A DNA stretch of 32,975 nt from Mesotaenium endlicherianum (GCA_009602735.1 WELA01000853.1:143217-176191), one strand, 5' to 3'. Shown: positions 22,701-32,975, counted from the first letter of the stretch. A program made the numbers and translations. Notes: generated from the sequence alone by a model not told the origin.

Positions 22701-24607
22701 GAGGGAGGACGAGAGGGAGGGATGCAGAGATGGAGGGCGGGCGGGCGGGTGCTAGCACAGACCAGCGCGTTCATGCCAGCCGCCGCTTCGAAGCGGTTGT
22801 TCTCGTTGGCTGGCCCGTCTCGGACAACGGCCGACAAGTAGCCCCACACCTTGCGCCACGCGCCGTCCCCTCCTCCTGCTGCGGCTGCTGCTGCTTCTGG
22901 TTGACCACCCCGACCTCCCCCATGACTGAGCTCGCCTTCTCGACCTCCCTGCAGACTCGGTTGCCCACCTTGACCTCCCCTTTGACCACGTGGGAGTGGA
23001 CCATTTTTTAGGCCCAAATCATCGGGTTGACCCCGTTGACCTCTGCGTTGACCAAGCCCACTTGCTGGCAGCCTCTCCCCACCATCACCTGCAGTCTCTG
23101 CCCCGTCCTCATCCACCTGGCGTCTGCTACAGCGCGCCACGTCGTTCTCCTCCTCCTCTGTCTCCTCCGGCCCACGTCCATCATGATCCGAAACTCGAAC
23201 TCCCACATTTAACCCTAACCCTAATCCTGAACCTAAAACTAGAGGCTCCTGGGCCTCCCCTCCGGAGCCCACCCTCCCTCTGTGCGCACCTGGCCCCCCC
23301 CCCCCTAGCAGAGCCTGGGCAAAGCCTGCTGGGAACCCAAGGGAGAAGTCAAACCCCATGAGCACCCTGCGCCGCTGGCCTCTTTCACGTTGACCTTCTT
23401 GACTAGGACCCTCTTGCTCACGCTCACGCTGCCTTTGACTTTGACCCCGACTTTGACTTTGACCCCGACTTTGACTTTGACCTTGAGTCTGCCGTTGACT
23501 TGGCCCGTGCCCTCCCCGACGAGCTGCGTCATCATTGTCCTCGTCACCGTCGTCACCTTCGTCGTGACCACAATTGGCGCCCCCACCGCCACCGCCGTCA
23601 AGACCACCATGGAGATGGTCAGGGGCATCTATCCCCCCACGCACGGCCTCGCACGCCAGCTGGCACAGCTCGGCCTCTGCCTGCGCCCTAGTTGCCACAT
23701 TGCGCACACACCGTATCGACAAGTGGCCAGATGCTACCGAGATTGTCGGGACGTCCGGCCCGGCAACTCCAAGGCTGGGCTTTGCGTTGCTTCCAGTTGA
23801 CCTCCTGTTGACCTCCTGTTGACTGCCTGTTGACCCGCCTGTTGACCCAGGGCCTGTGGACGTGAGGTTGCTTGCGCGACACGACTCAGGCACATCATCA
23901 GCATCATCATCATCAGCAGCACCACCACCACCTATCACGTGGCACCACCTATCTTGTGCTGCCCACGAATGTCGATCCGTGGTTGATGGCCCGTGACGGC
24001 TTTCTTCTGCCAGATTGCGGTGCATTTCTGTTAACAGGTGGCAGCTCTCTTCTGCTGACACGTGGCGGTCCACCACGCAGTACCAAATGCTATCCTTGCC
24101 TGTCCGTGGGGTGCTTGCGCCAGACCAGTCCACCACCACATATGTGTCAAACAGAGGCAGCTTGACACCCGAGGGTGCACTCACGGTCAGCCCTGTTGAC
24201 CTGGTTGACCTGGTTGAACGGAGCAGAGGCTTGCCAGCTTTGCTGAAACTGGCACGAGAGGCCTTCTCTACTGAAGGACTTTCTGCAGAGACACCCTGAG
24301 GTGATAAATGACACCTTGTTGACCTGTTTGATGCCTGTCTGCCATCTGTTTGACCTCTTTGAACTGGCTGACCTCCATCTATTTCACTTTTGTTCTGGAA
24401 TGACCTCCTTCTGGGACTGGCGGTACTTTGGAGGGGCGTGGTTACTTCAGGTCTCCTACTACTGGACCTGGTGACAGTTTGCACAGGGACATGCTGATAC
24501 AATCCCGCTTCCTGGGGTTTTTCTTCTGCAATAGATGACGTCCTTAATTTTACACACCTCCTCGTTTCATATTCACGAGCACTGTTGCATTGCCCCTTCC
24601 GTTTCAT
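19789..24607 (-). CDS. Five-exon gene encoding a bacterial-type DUF429-like RNase H-fold predicted nuclease with long low-complexity insertions (about 849 aa from ATG 24607; alternative ATG 24685)
   Basis: Exons 24607-22763, 22475-22278, 21606-21421, 20631-20572 and 20049-19789. All four introns are GT-AG and phase 0, and the joined frame is open. Motifs in order: FDTYVVVDWSGA...DSIW, NVATRAQAE, VLMGFDFSLGFPAGFA, WRKVW...NNRFE, PFWG, RRLAE, WKLFTTGSVGSQ|SLLGIP, VWPYETG, FAE|VYPS, KDAGQ|VRALA, EEGWILG. Confidence 0.9.
23433..23482 (-). repeat. 18-bp coding minisatellite (GQSQSR repeats)
   Basis: CTTTGACTTTGACCCCGA x about 2.8 on + strand. Confidence 0.9.
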
Positions 24608-25929
24608 TTCCGCTTGCCTTACGCACAGTAGAGTTGGAAAACGATGGAGGAAGGAATACTTCAAGGTCGTCATACATATCAACATATTGCGTGCAACATA
24701 TTGAAAAGGTCAAGAAGCTCGCTTTCAAGTACAAGAATCTTAGTCAGTAGCTGATGGAAGGGTGGACCGGCAGAGGGCGTTGCCCGCTGCTTTTTAGTTG
24801 TTCGTCTGAAATACAAATTTCGTGGGGTACTTGATCAAGGCACTCTTGGTATAGTAATCAGGAAGAGCCTCATCTATCCCTTGTCCATACTTAATCGCGC
24901 CTACGCTCTAGCAATTCTCGCCGGAACTGTAGTTATCCTAACGAAACAATACAACAAGCAAGCTGCATCAGTGCCGTTGTGGAACAATGGCACTTCCTGT
25001 GATAGTCCAGCTTTTAATTAGTCCTGTTGGCCATGTTGAGCTTGCGTTGCACCAGTTGCTCCTGACCTGCTTTGTAACGTAGTGTGCTTTGCGTGTCCGA
25101 AGTCCAGCGTCGCTGCCTATTCCACTCTGTTTGGTGCAGACCAGTACAGACAGTCAACCATGGTCAGGAGTTAGGCATTATCCTTTAATCAGTCAACTCT
25201 ATGGTCCACATGCCGTCGTTGCTTCAATAGTGTCAAAAAAACAAATGTAATATTCAGGCTTTAAAACTTGAATTCAAAAACTTTTGGTGAAAAAGAAGAA
25301 TGAAGCAAGAAGAGCTGTATTGAAAAGCCAAAGATATGTAGATGGTGCAAGCAATGGGTAAGCTTTTTACAATTCTTATGGCTAGCCATTGGATGGCTTC
25401 TTGCCTCTCCACAAAGCTCAAGCATATCCTGCTGCATTTGCTTTTCCATTCTCGCATCCTACTCCCCACACTCTCAATCGCTACATTTGAGATGGTTTCC
25501 TAATGAGATGCATACCCATGTAGTTACTTTTATAATACGTCTTTCAATTTTTTTTCAACGTCATCAATTGTCACCATATTTGTGATTGCATCATCCACTA
25601 TTTTGGCTTTAGATCATGCTCGAATACGTCACCTCATACGCTTGAGCTTGTCTTGGCAAAACGCCTAACCTATGGGTAGGGTGGAATGCAGGCTTTGATT
25701 AAAAGGCTTAAGGACCCGCTATTCATGGCATTCAACTTCTTCTTATATAACTAGGCCAACACATGGTCTAAAGATGTAGAGCACATGAGTTGGAGCCTAG
25801 AACGACTTCATGCAGTTGTGAAGGACACGCTCTGGAGAAGGATAGGCACTTAGTTTGCCAGTCATATATAATATTTGGTTCTTGCTCATGTCATCAAAAT
25901 TGCCCTATTTCTTTCTTACTATGATCGTT

Positions 25930-26840
25930 CATGGACCTATGCATGCAAGTGCTGGACAGTTTCTTCAAATGTTTAGTGGTTCATTATTTTTAATGTGAGG
26001 GGGTGCATTCAGCTATTGGAGGCACTAAATTGTTCAAGTAATTATATTATGCTCTAGGATTTGTCCTTGAGTGGCCAACACCTAGATGAATTCGTTAAGA
26101 AGTTCAGACCAACACCACAAATTTCTTTTATACATTACATGAAAGGTTTCCAAATAAGGAAACTTGGCAAGAAGTTTGGTAGCAATGATCCGTTTAGCAT
26201 AGTAATATGACATGTACATATTTCAGCTGCACGTTCTGTATTTTGATTTTTTTTTGGCCTTAATATTGAGACCCCTCGAGCTAATAAGCCATGAAGGATT
26301 TGCCACTTTATGCCACATGGCATAGCAAAGTAGTATGTCAATTAAATTGCTCCGCACAATCTTTTACAGTGGCCTCATGTGTGGAGTACAACATTTACAG
26401 CCTCCAATGTGCAATTCCAAAATTTCTTAACATGAAAGGTGACAGGCGGAAGGAAAGAGAAGGTTACCAAGATTGTGACCCTACAATAGTAGCCGTCAAT
26501 ATGGATAGAATAGCATGACGTACAGCATGCGAAGAATCCAACATTCATATTTTTGCGACTAGCACGCTAAGAAAAGTCAAATTTAGTCATAAGGTAGTCG
26601 ACTTTGGCTACCCGCAACAAGACGTTATTTACAAGACTTTGGTCTGTGTCTAGAGGTGAGAGGGCTGAGATTCACCAGAATACCTATAGAGCAGATAAAT
26701 CACCTGCAAAATACCATGTAAAGCTGGCAGACTTTGGACAAGCTGTCTATCTAGAGGAAGGCGAGAAAATGGATGGGCCATGCGGTTCTCTTTACTATCT
26801 GGCTCCAGAGCAATTACAGGGTAAGGAGTATGGCTTTGAA
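25930..26840 (+). pseudogene. Decayed Ser/Thr protein kinase relic(s), CAMK/CDPK-PEPRK-like
   Basis: Well-preserved subdomains VII-VIII, VKLADFGQAVYLEEGEKMDGPCGSLYYLAPEQLQGKEYG (26718-26834), truncated before subdomain IX. Weaker upstream remnants are TYACK (about 25936-25950), CIQLLEALNCSSNYIML*DL (about 26004-26063) and KVVDFG (26591-26608). No HRD motif is intact. Confidence 0.7.
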
Positions 26841-27047
26841 ACAATAATCATTCAAAAGAACCCCCAACCAAAAAGAGGAGTCTGTCAAAAAGTCGAGTCG
26901 CGTGGCAATCTGTTTTGCGTAACGGCTCTTCAATGGAAAATGCTGACGCTTCCAATAGTTCATCAAAACTTTGTCATACGATGCATACACAGCTGTAACC
27001 CGTAAAAGAATGTAAGACCAACATATATGGCTGCATCTTCTGTGATG

Positions 27048-30000
27048 CTATAGTAGACAACTGGCCAGCAAAATGCTGACAATTGATGCCAATACCGCAG
27101 CCATGGACGAAACAGGTAGTCTGTGAGAGGCAGCGGGTGAGCCGACAACTATGCTCACGTTCACGTTGGAGTTTGTGCCTTGCGCGTGTATTGTGCCTGT
27201 GGAGCCTGCAGACAGACGGGCAGACGAGATGAACTTAAGACGTAGTGAAGATCATGCTTCGGCAAAGAGCACAACTACTGTTGTACGCTAGAGAGTCATC
27301 AACAGCATGTCAACATCTTTTGACAGAACCCACAGAATACCTAACAGTATGTCACCACACCATCTTTTGACTCAGCCCATACAATACCTGTACATAAGTA
27401 ATGGTGCGACTGCTATCGACAAGGGAAAGTTTGGCCAGAACTCCGGGAGAAACATGAGCCCTATACAGGTGCACGCTGCTCAACTGAAGCAGAAAGCCTT
27501 GAAGGCACCACATCATGCATGCCTCAGCGTTTAGAGTCCAAAACAAGCAGCCGTGCACTATTCGCGCGCAACCGCACACCCAGAGGCACAAATGCGCGTG
27601 CTCCCCCACACGCATGCACGCACAGACACACACACACACACACACACGCGCGCGCATTCACACGCGCACAGACGCGCACGGACAAGAAAATGCAGCACAT
27701 TCAGGAGGAAAGGGAAAGCTCTGTTGGTGGCCACTCACAGTCAAAGTCCATCCACCCGATGGAAGCGTCCGCGGGGTCAAACACCATGAGCTTGTCGCGC
27801 ATGATGATGTCTGCAGAGAAACAAACAGCACCTTTTCCCTGAGGAGGGGGGGTTGTTCCCACTGTCGTAAACCCAGGCAGAAGGGAGCATTCCAGTCTCC
27901 ACATCACCGACTCGGGCCTACTAGCATAACGAGTTCCCTCTCACGTATTGAGATGATTTGAGTGCGAGTCCTGAGCTCGGATTCCGGGGGCAGAGCAGCC
28001 AGATGTCGTAAGAGGGAGACCCACACTTGCGCGCACGCCACGCATACAAGCACACGTGTGGGGCTCAAGCCATCAGCACACTCAGTACTGTACTGATCCC
28101 CACGCATGTACAGACAGTCTTCCACAATTCACCCGACAATGACGGGAAGGAAGCATAAGGTATTTGCAGCATGTCACATGGTGCCTCCAGCCGTCACCTG
28201 TGGTATTACATTGACATAATATGCCCAGGCAGATATACTTAAGCGCGCAACATATTCATAGAAAAATTGATGTCTTAGAGCATGCGCATGCGTGCTTATG
28301 CACGTGATGCATGCATCACACTGACCTGATTGGACTTCTTGTCCAGGCATATGCAAGCGCAAATCACTTGTCGTGGAGGAGGTGCGCAGCTGCAGCACTC
28401 ACTCCCAGTCATGACAAGTCAGCATGGCTGCTGACTGGTTAACGTTTGAAACAGGCTGACATGTGGATACATGCGAACAAGGAAAGGTACCTCCGATGAT
28501 GGAGAGGGAGGAGGTCGACCCTGCTTGACCCGACGAGTCCCACCCGATGCACGCGGCCAACGATCCCGAGCCCTGTTTACACCAGACACTCGCCACACAC
28601 ACACGCACAGGTCATCACACAGTCACACAGGCAACACCCCACACACACATATACACACACAGTCCATCATGCAGTCACGCAGACACACGCGCACAAGCAC
28701 ACACACACGCACAAAGGTCATGACAGTCACAGAGACACCACCCACAGACACGCGCACGTACGCACACGCACACACACATGCGCGCGCGCACGCAAAGACA
28801 AACGCAAACACACACGCGCGCGCACAACACACATTCACACACATCACTTAGTGGCCCAGAAACAGCATACAGTCCATCACGACAAGCAAAGCACACACGT
28901 GTGCGCAGACCCTTGCAAGAAGGCAAGAGTGCCTGCATGTAGAGTCAGAATTCAACTTCAAACCTCACATACAGCACAGTCTCAAGGGGGAGGAGATGAA
29001 AAAGGCACGTACGCTGGAAAGGAGCATGATGTAATTCTCCGGGCCCAAATCCATATCCGCCCCATCGAATTTTAACGTCACGTTTGGAAAATGGTCCGAC
29101 AAATCCTCTGGCGAGCTGGAGTCACATCCCGAAGAAGAAAAACAAAGGACATAGAAAGTACTGAATTTTGTACGCATCAACTCTCACGCATATGCAGAGG
29201 AATTGTCGCCTCAATGTACGCATACATACACACACTTTCTCATATATACAGAGACATAAGTGTGCGTCCACGAATATGAGGACGTACACAAGTATGCCTC
29301 CGCACGAGAGTGTGCCCTCATACGTGCAGCAACAATGCATGAGCACCAGCACAACTAAACAGCAGGGGGTGCACGAATGCGTACACACGCACACACGCAC
29401 ACGTGCGCACACACGAACACCCACACACGCTGCGCACGCATGAAAGAAGCACGGCCTCGGGGCACTAGGGAGCCTAAAATTCTTGGGAGCAGGACATCTC
29501 TAAGGAAGCAAGGACATCTGGGTGGGAATGGGGGTGGCGGTGGGGGTGGGGGCGCGTACCGCCCAGAGGAGTCGAGCAGCAGTGCGCGCACGTTGTCCGT
29601 GTGCCCGCGCAGCTTCATCTGCTTCTGGCCCGAGCGCGCATCCCACACCCTCACAGCCTTCTCCGTGCCACCGGACACGATAACGGTGGCAGCGTCGTTC
29701 ATGGCCAGCGCATACACGGACTCCTTGTGCCCCTTCACGGCCACGGGTGTCCTACTGTGTCCACCTGCTGCTGCTGCTGCTGCTGCTGGTGGTGGTGGTG
29801 GTGGGGCTGGCACCGACAGCGGCTCATCGGCTGCAGCATGCGAGTCCAGAGTGCAGCTCAGGGGCGCCATGGCCCGGGCCACGTCCCACAGGTACAGCTC
29901 ACATCCCAATCCCGCGGACGCCAGCACGCTCGTCTGCCCGCCCGCCACATACTCCCCAGCAAATATCAGATGTCCCGCATGACAGACTCTGCTGTGTACA

Positions 30001-31920
30001 TGTGGCTTAAGCTTGGGCTCGGGTTGGGAGGGCGGCAGGAACCCAAGCAGCACCTGAGAGGAGGCGGCCAGGCAGGTGANGGGGGGGGAGGTGTCAGGCC
30101 CCAGGTGAATGGGGGACGAGGGGGGGGAGGAGAAGGGACGAGGGAAAAGGGAAGCCGAGCTAAGAGGGATTAGTGGTGATCAAAATGTCCAAGAAGCCGC
30201 AAGCATATGATTGGTGCAAACAATGGTTGGTGAAGCCCGCACGTTGTTGGCGCCCCTGGCTTGTAGCAGCGCGTCACAAAGTCAAGTAGGGGGGCCAGGG
30301 CGTACGGATCGTAAGTACTTGTGTGATTGCATTATGTGGCTAATGCATATTATGTGACAGAGACTAAGAGCTGACTGCAGCCCACTACCGCCGGTAACAC
30401 AGACAGGTGAGGGGAAGCTCCGCTGGGGCGGGGGAGGTAGAGGAGGGAGGGCCAGGAGGAGGAGGAGGAGGAGGAGGAGGAGGAGGAGGAGCAGGAGCAG
30501 GAGCAGGAGCAGGAGAAGTGGCACTCCTTGACGGAGCAAGGGGCCAGCCGCCTGGGTGGCGCAAGCATGCAGGCCTGCATGGCACCTGGCGCTTCCACAG
30601 ATATCATGGCGCTCATGATGACGATACAACCGCATATGTGTGCGTGAATATCTGGCAACAAGAGAAAAGCAAAACCCCGCCCTTACTCCATCCCCTTTTT
30701 TTGCCTCTCGCCTTCAACCCCTTGCCACCTGGCGGCGATCCACTTGACTAAATCTGGACCCCTCTCCTCCCCCCCTTCCCCCCCCTGAAAAACGCGTCCT
30801 TTCCTCCCCCTCGCTACTCCAGGCGTGCATCCGCGCGCACACGCACACGCACACGCACGCGCACACGTACACGCCCACGCACACGCGCACACGCACACGC
30901 ACACTACTCACGCCACAAAAACCTGTGTTGCAGCTCAAGACCTGACTGTGAACCCTGCCCCCCAAAACCCCTGACTCAACGCTTGGGCGCACAAGCCTGC
31001 GTAAACCAGGCGCCCCACACATCGCCAACCCTAGCCCTGGCCCACATCACATCTGAGCTTTACCCGCAACCCTGCGCGTGCAAAAGGTGGGCACACTAGT
31101 TCCCCAAGGCCACATAGCCCCCACTTGGCCCCCACCCTCCCCTACCCTCCCCTGCCCTCCCCTGGCCTGGAGCCACAAGCCATCTGAAAGGGGCAGGTTT
31201 GGAAAATAGTAACACAGGAATGACCGACAACGAGATTCCCCGACAGGAATGGCCGCGCCAATTGTGAGTAAGTCAACATCAGGTCTTACTCTCGACCCCA
31301 CCCGCCGCCTTCCCTCCTCTGCCTTTGTCTACCCCCCGAGTCCATGAGGGGGTTGAGAGGAGAAGGAGAATGAGAGGGAGGGTGCCTGGTTCCCCTCACA
31401 CGCACAACAGAGTGGACTTTCCACGAGTTCCCCTCCTCCCCGGCGACGCCACCTTTTCACCCTCTTCTCCCTCCCCCTCCTCTCCCCCCCCCNGGGGATG
31501 AAAGAACCCACCTCGGCTTGCCACGCTGTCATCACGTCGTGCGGCCACAGCGACAGCGTGGTCCCGCTGTCAAACAGCACGCCCGACCGGTCGGCCGGCT
31601 TCCCGAAGCTGGATGCATCGACACCTGGCACCGCCTCGCCGCCCACGCTGATGCCGTCCAGCTGTGCAAAGTAATACGTGTACCCGTTGCCGTCGAGCAT
31701 GGGCGTTGTGCGCAACGAGTTGTTGGTGTTCGTCACCTTGCCCAGGAGCAGGGTACCACCGCCCGCCTCCTCGCCGCCCAGGCAGTGGGCGAACGCTCCC
31801 GTGGACGCCCCGAGGGCCGCCAGCTGGCTGACGAGCGAGAGGGGGCCGCGGCCGAGGCCCATGAGGCCGTCCACAAGCTGACCGCTCGTCAGCAGGTCCT
31901 CGCTCTGGTTGAAGCCGCAC
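27048..31920 (-). CDS. 3' part of a GPI-anchored pepsin-family (A1, plant atypical; A36/A39-like) aspartic protease; 5' exons not found in the window; possibly disrupted
   Basis: Phase-compatible GT-AG exons: 31920-31512 ([25 protein letters not shown]), 30651-30243 (interrupted), 29115-29013 (FPNVTLKF...PENY), 28572-28491 (CIGW...SIIG), 27810-27739 ([12 protein letters not shown]...IGWMDFDC) and 27205-27048 (ending in the hydrophobic tail [18 protein letters not shown]). Confidence 0.9.
28590..28845 (+). repeat. Degenerate (CA)/(CG) intronic microsatellite tract
   Basis: Alternating purine-pyrimidine low-complexity run; similar tracts occur at 27607-27680, 29380-29440 and 30832-30903. Confidence 0.9.
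29560..29946 (-). pseudogene. WDR48: Orphan exon fragment of a WDR48/LRS1-type WD40 gene within a protease intron
   Basis: [15 protein letters not shown]...[14 protein letters not shown]...[13 protein letters not shown]...[20 protein letters not shown] matches plant WDR48 as I recall it. It ends at a GT donor (29559). No preceding or following WDR48 exons were seen in the window. Confidence 0.85.
30326..30636. mobile_element. 311-bp insertion splitting a protease exon
   Basis: Flanked by TGTGTG at 30320-30325 and 30637-30642. Removal restores [30 protein letters not shown] between a phase-0 acceptor and a phase-2 donor. Contains (GGA)12(GCAGGA)4. Confidence 0.55.
30455..30514 (+). repeat. 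(GGA)n/(GCAGGA)n microsatellite
   Basis: Seen directly in the sequence. Confidence 0.95.
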
Positions 31921-32469
31921 CTGGTCAACCGGAGGCCGGAGGAGTCAAAGCCGGTCAGATAGGGTCAACGGCGGGAGGACCAGGGGCCAAAGCTGGTCAG
32001 GCGCAGGTCCAGAATATAGTCAGGTGGTTTTCTGGAAAAAAAACAAAGTCAACTATTCGAGGCAGGACATGTTAGACCCGGTCAAAGGAGGTCAGACGCA
32101 GTCAACGATGGTCAGACCCAGCCCTGTGGCATGGCACTAATGCGGCCGTGGCCCCGAGCTGGCCAGACACGGCGAGGTGGCCAACGTAAGTACAGCAGGA
32201 GAAAGAAGAAGCACTTCACGTCCGCCAGCAGATTCGGGCGTTGGAGAAATAAAAGGCAGCGGTCATCACACGCGAGACACGGAATACGGCTTGCCAACGA
32301 GCTGGAGAGGAGAGCAGCAGACCTCCGCGGCACAACAGTGGGAGTTGGAAGGATATAGGTGAGGAAGAAAGCATATCGTGCACAGGCATGTGCGGTCCGT
32401 GTCTGACTAAACCTGAATGAGTGAACCCCTTGGAACATTTGAATATTACAAACGAAGTCAGAAATCCAT

Positions 32470-32620
32470 AATTGAATACATATTTATGATATTATATCAT
32501 ATACATATATGAGATATATATAGTATATATAGTATATATATTATACAAATGTATATAAATAGATACATAGATAAATAAATAAAAAGGAATATAGATATAA
32601 ATATATATAACAAAAATAAT
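32470..32620. repeat. AT-rich (TA)n-like low-complexity tract
   Basis: Nearly G/C-free degenerate TA repeats. Confidence 0.85.
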
Positions 32621-32866
32621 CATAAAAGCATTTTCTTCAGTTTTGATACATGTTTCATCAATACATCTGAAGTTGCTCAACGATGTGCTCTGCACTGCAC
32701 ATCTTAGAACTGACTGTCGAGTTCCGCACATCCCAGCAGCACTGCACCCAACGTTGCACGCTTGTGGCTACGTGCCAAACAACAGGAAAAAGGCAAACGC
32801 CCACCATTGCCGTGTGATTCTCTTCACACGGGACTGGGCAGGAAAATCACCGGATACACTGTTGAC

Positions 32867-32870
<4 letters not shown>

Positions 32871-32907
<37 letters not shown>

Positions 32908-32917
32908 GCGCGCGCGC
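32871..32917 (+). repeat. (CA)17(CG)6 microsatellite
   Basis: Seen directly in the sequence. Confidence 0.95.
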
Positions 32918-32975
32918 CTACGTATGTGATGCCCGCACACATGCGCATACACCTCCCCCCCTCCCCCCCTTCTCC

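Noticed and set aside
22409..22762. C-terminal 117 aa of the 758-aa ORF
   Set aside because: Read-through into the intron after the donor at 22762; family similarity continues in the exon at 22475 in another frame.
19789..24607. Assigning the gene symbol cbiG or a cobalamin pathway role
   Set aside because: The label comes from recalled database annotations of bacterial homologues; the motifs look DUF429/RNase H-like and no other cobalamin genes are present.
29116..29180. [14 protein letters not shown] as protease coding sequence
   Set aside because: It looks like the pyrimidine tract of the acceptor at 29116; the conserved Cys is better supplied by RCYK in the 30243 exon. Not fully excluded.
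27515..31028. Numerous His/Thr-rich, Val/Cys-rich and poly-Leu/Ser/Pro ORFs
   Set aside because: These are translations of intronic microsatellites or antisense shadows of real exons.
30080..31493. Single N bases at 30080 and 31493 as biological signals
   Set aside because: They lie in G/C homopolymer runs and most likely mark assembly joins; they are a caveat for the protease gene model.

Overview
Eukaryotic nuclear DNA from a streptophyte; a charophyte/zygnematophyte-type alga is my inference from the plant-type genes, GT-AG introns and microsatellite-rich GC-rich introns. About 3.8-19.2 kb is an AT-rich transposon graveyard. Its centre is a full-length but decayed Ty3/gypsy chromovirus on the minus strand (8714-15567; TSD ATGGT, PBS, PPT, gag-PR-RT-RH-INT-chromodomain), with a solo LTR inserted into its gag zinc knuckle. 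Around it lie an older relic of the same family, itself hit by a 353-bp TIR element, and relics of a second, plus-strand gag. At 19789-24607 (-) a five-exon gene can be reconstructed. Its conserved core resembles a bacterial DUF429-like RNase H-fold predicted-nuclease family (from memory, often labelled 'CbiG' in alphaproteobacteria), so it is a strong candidate for an intronised horizontal transfer and the most notable feature here. A decayed protein-kinase relic follows (25.9-26.84 kb). Next is the 3' part of a GPI-anchored A1 aspartic protease gene (-), with one exon split by a 311-bp insertion and an orphan WDR48 exon fragment in an intron. All alignments were done by eye and no database searches were run.
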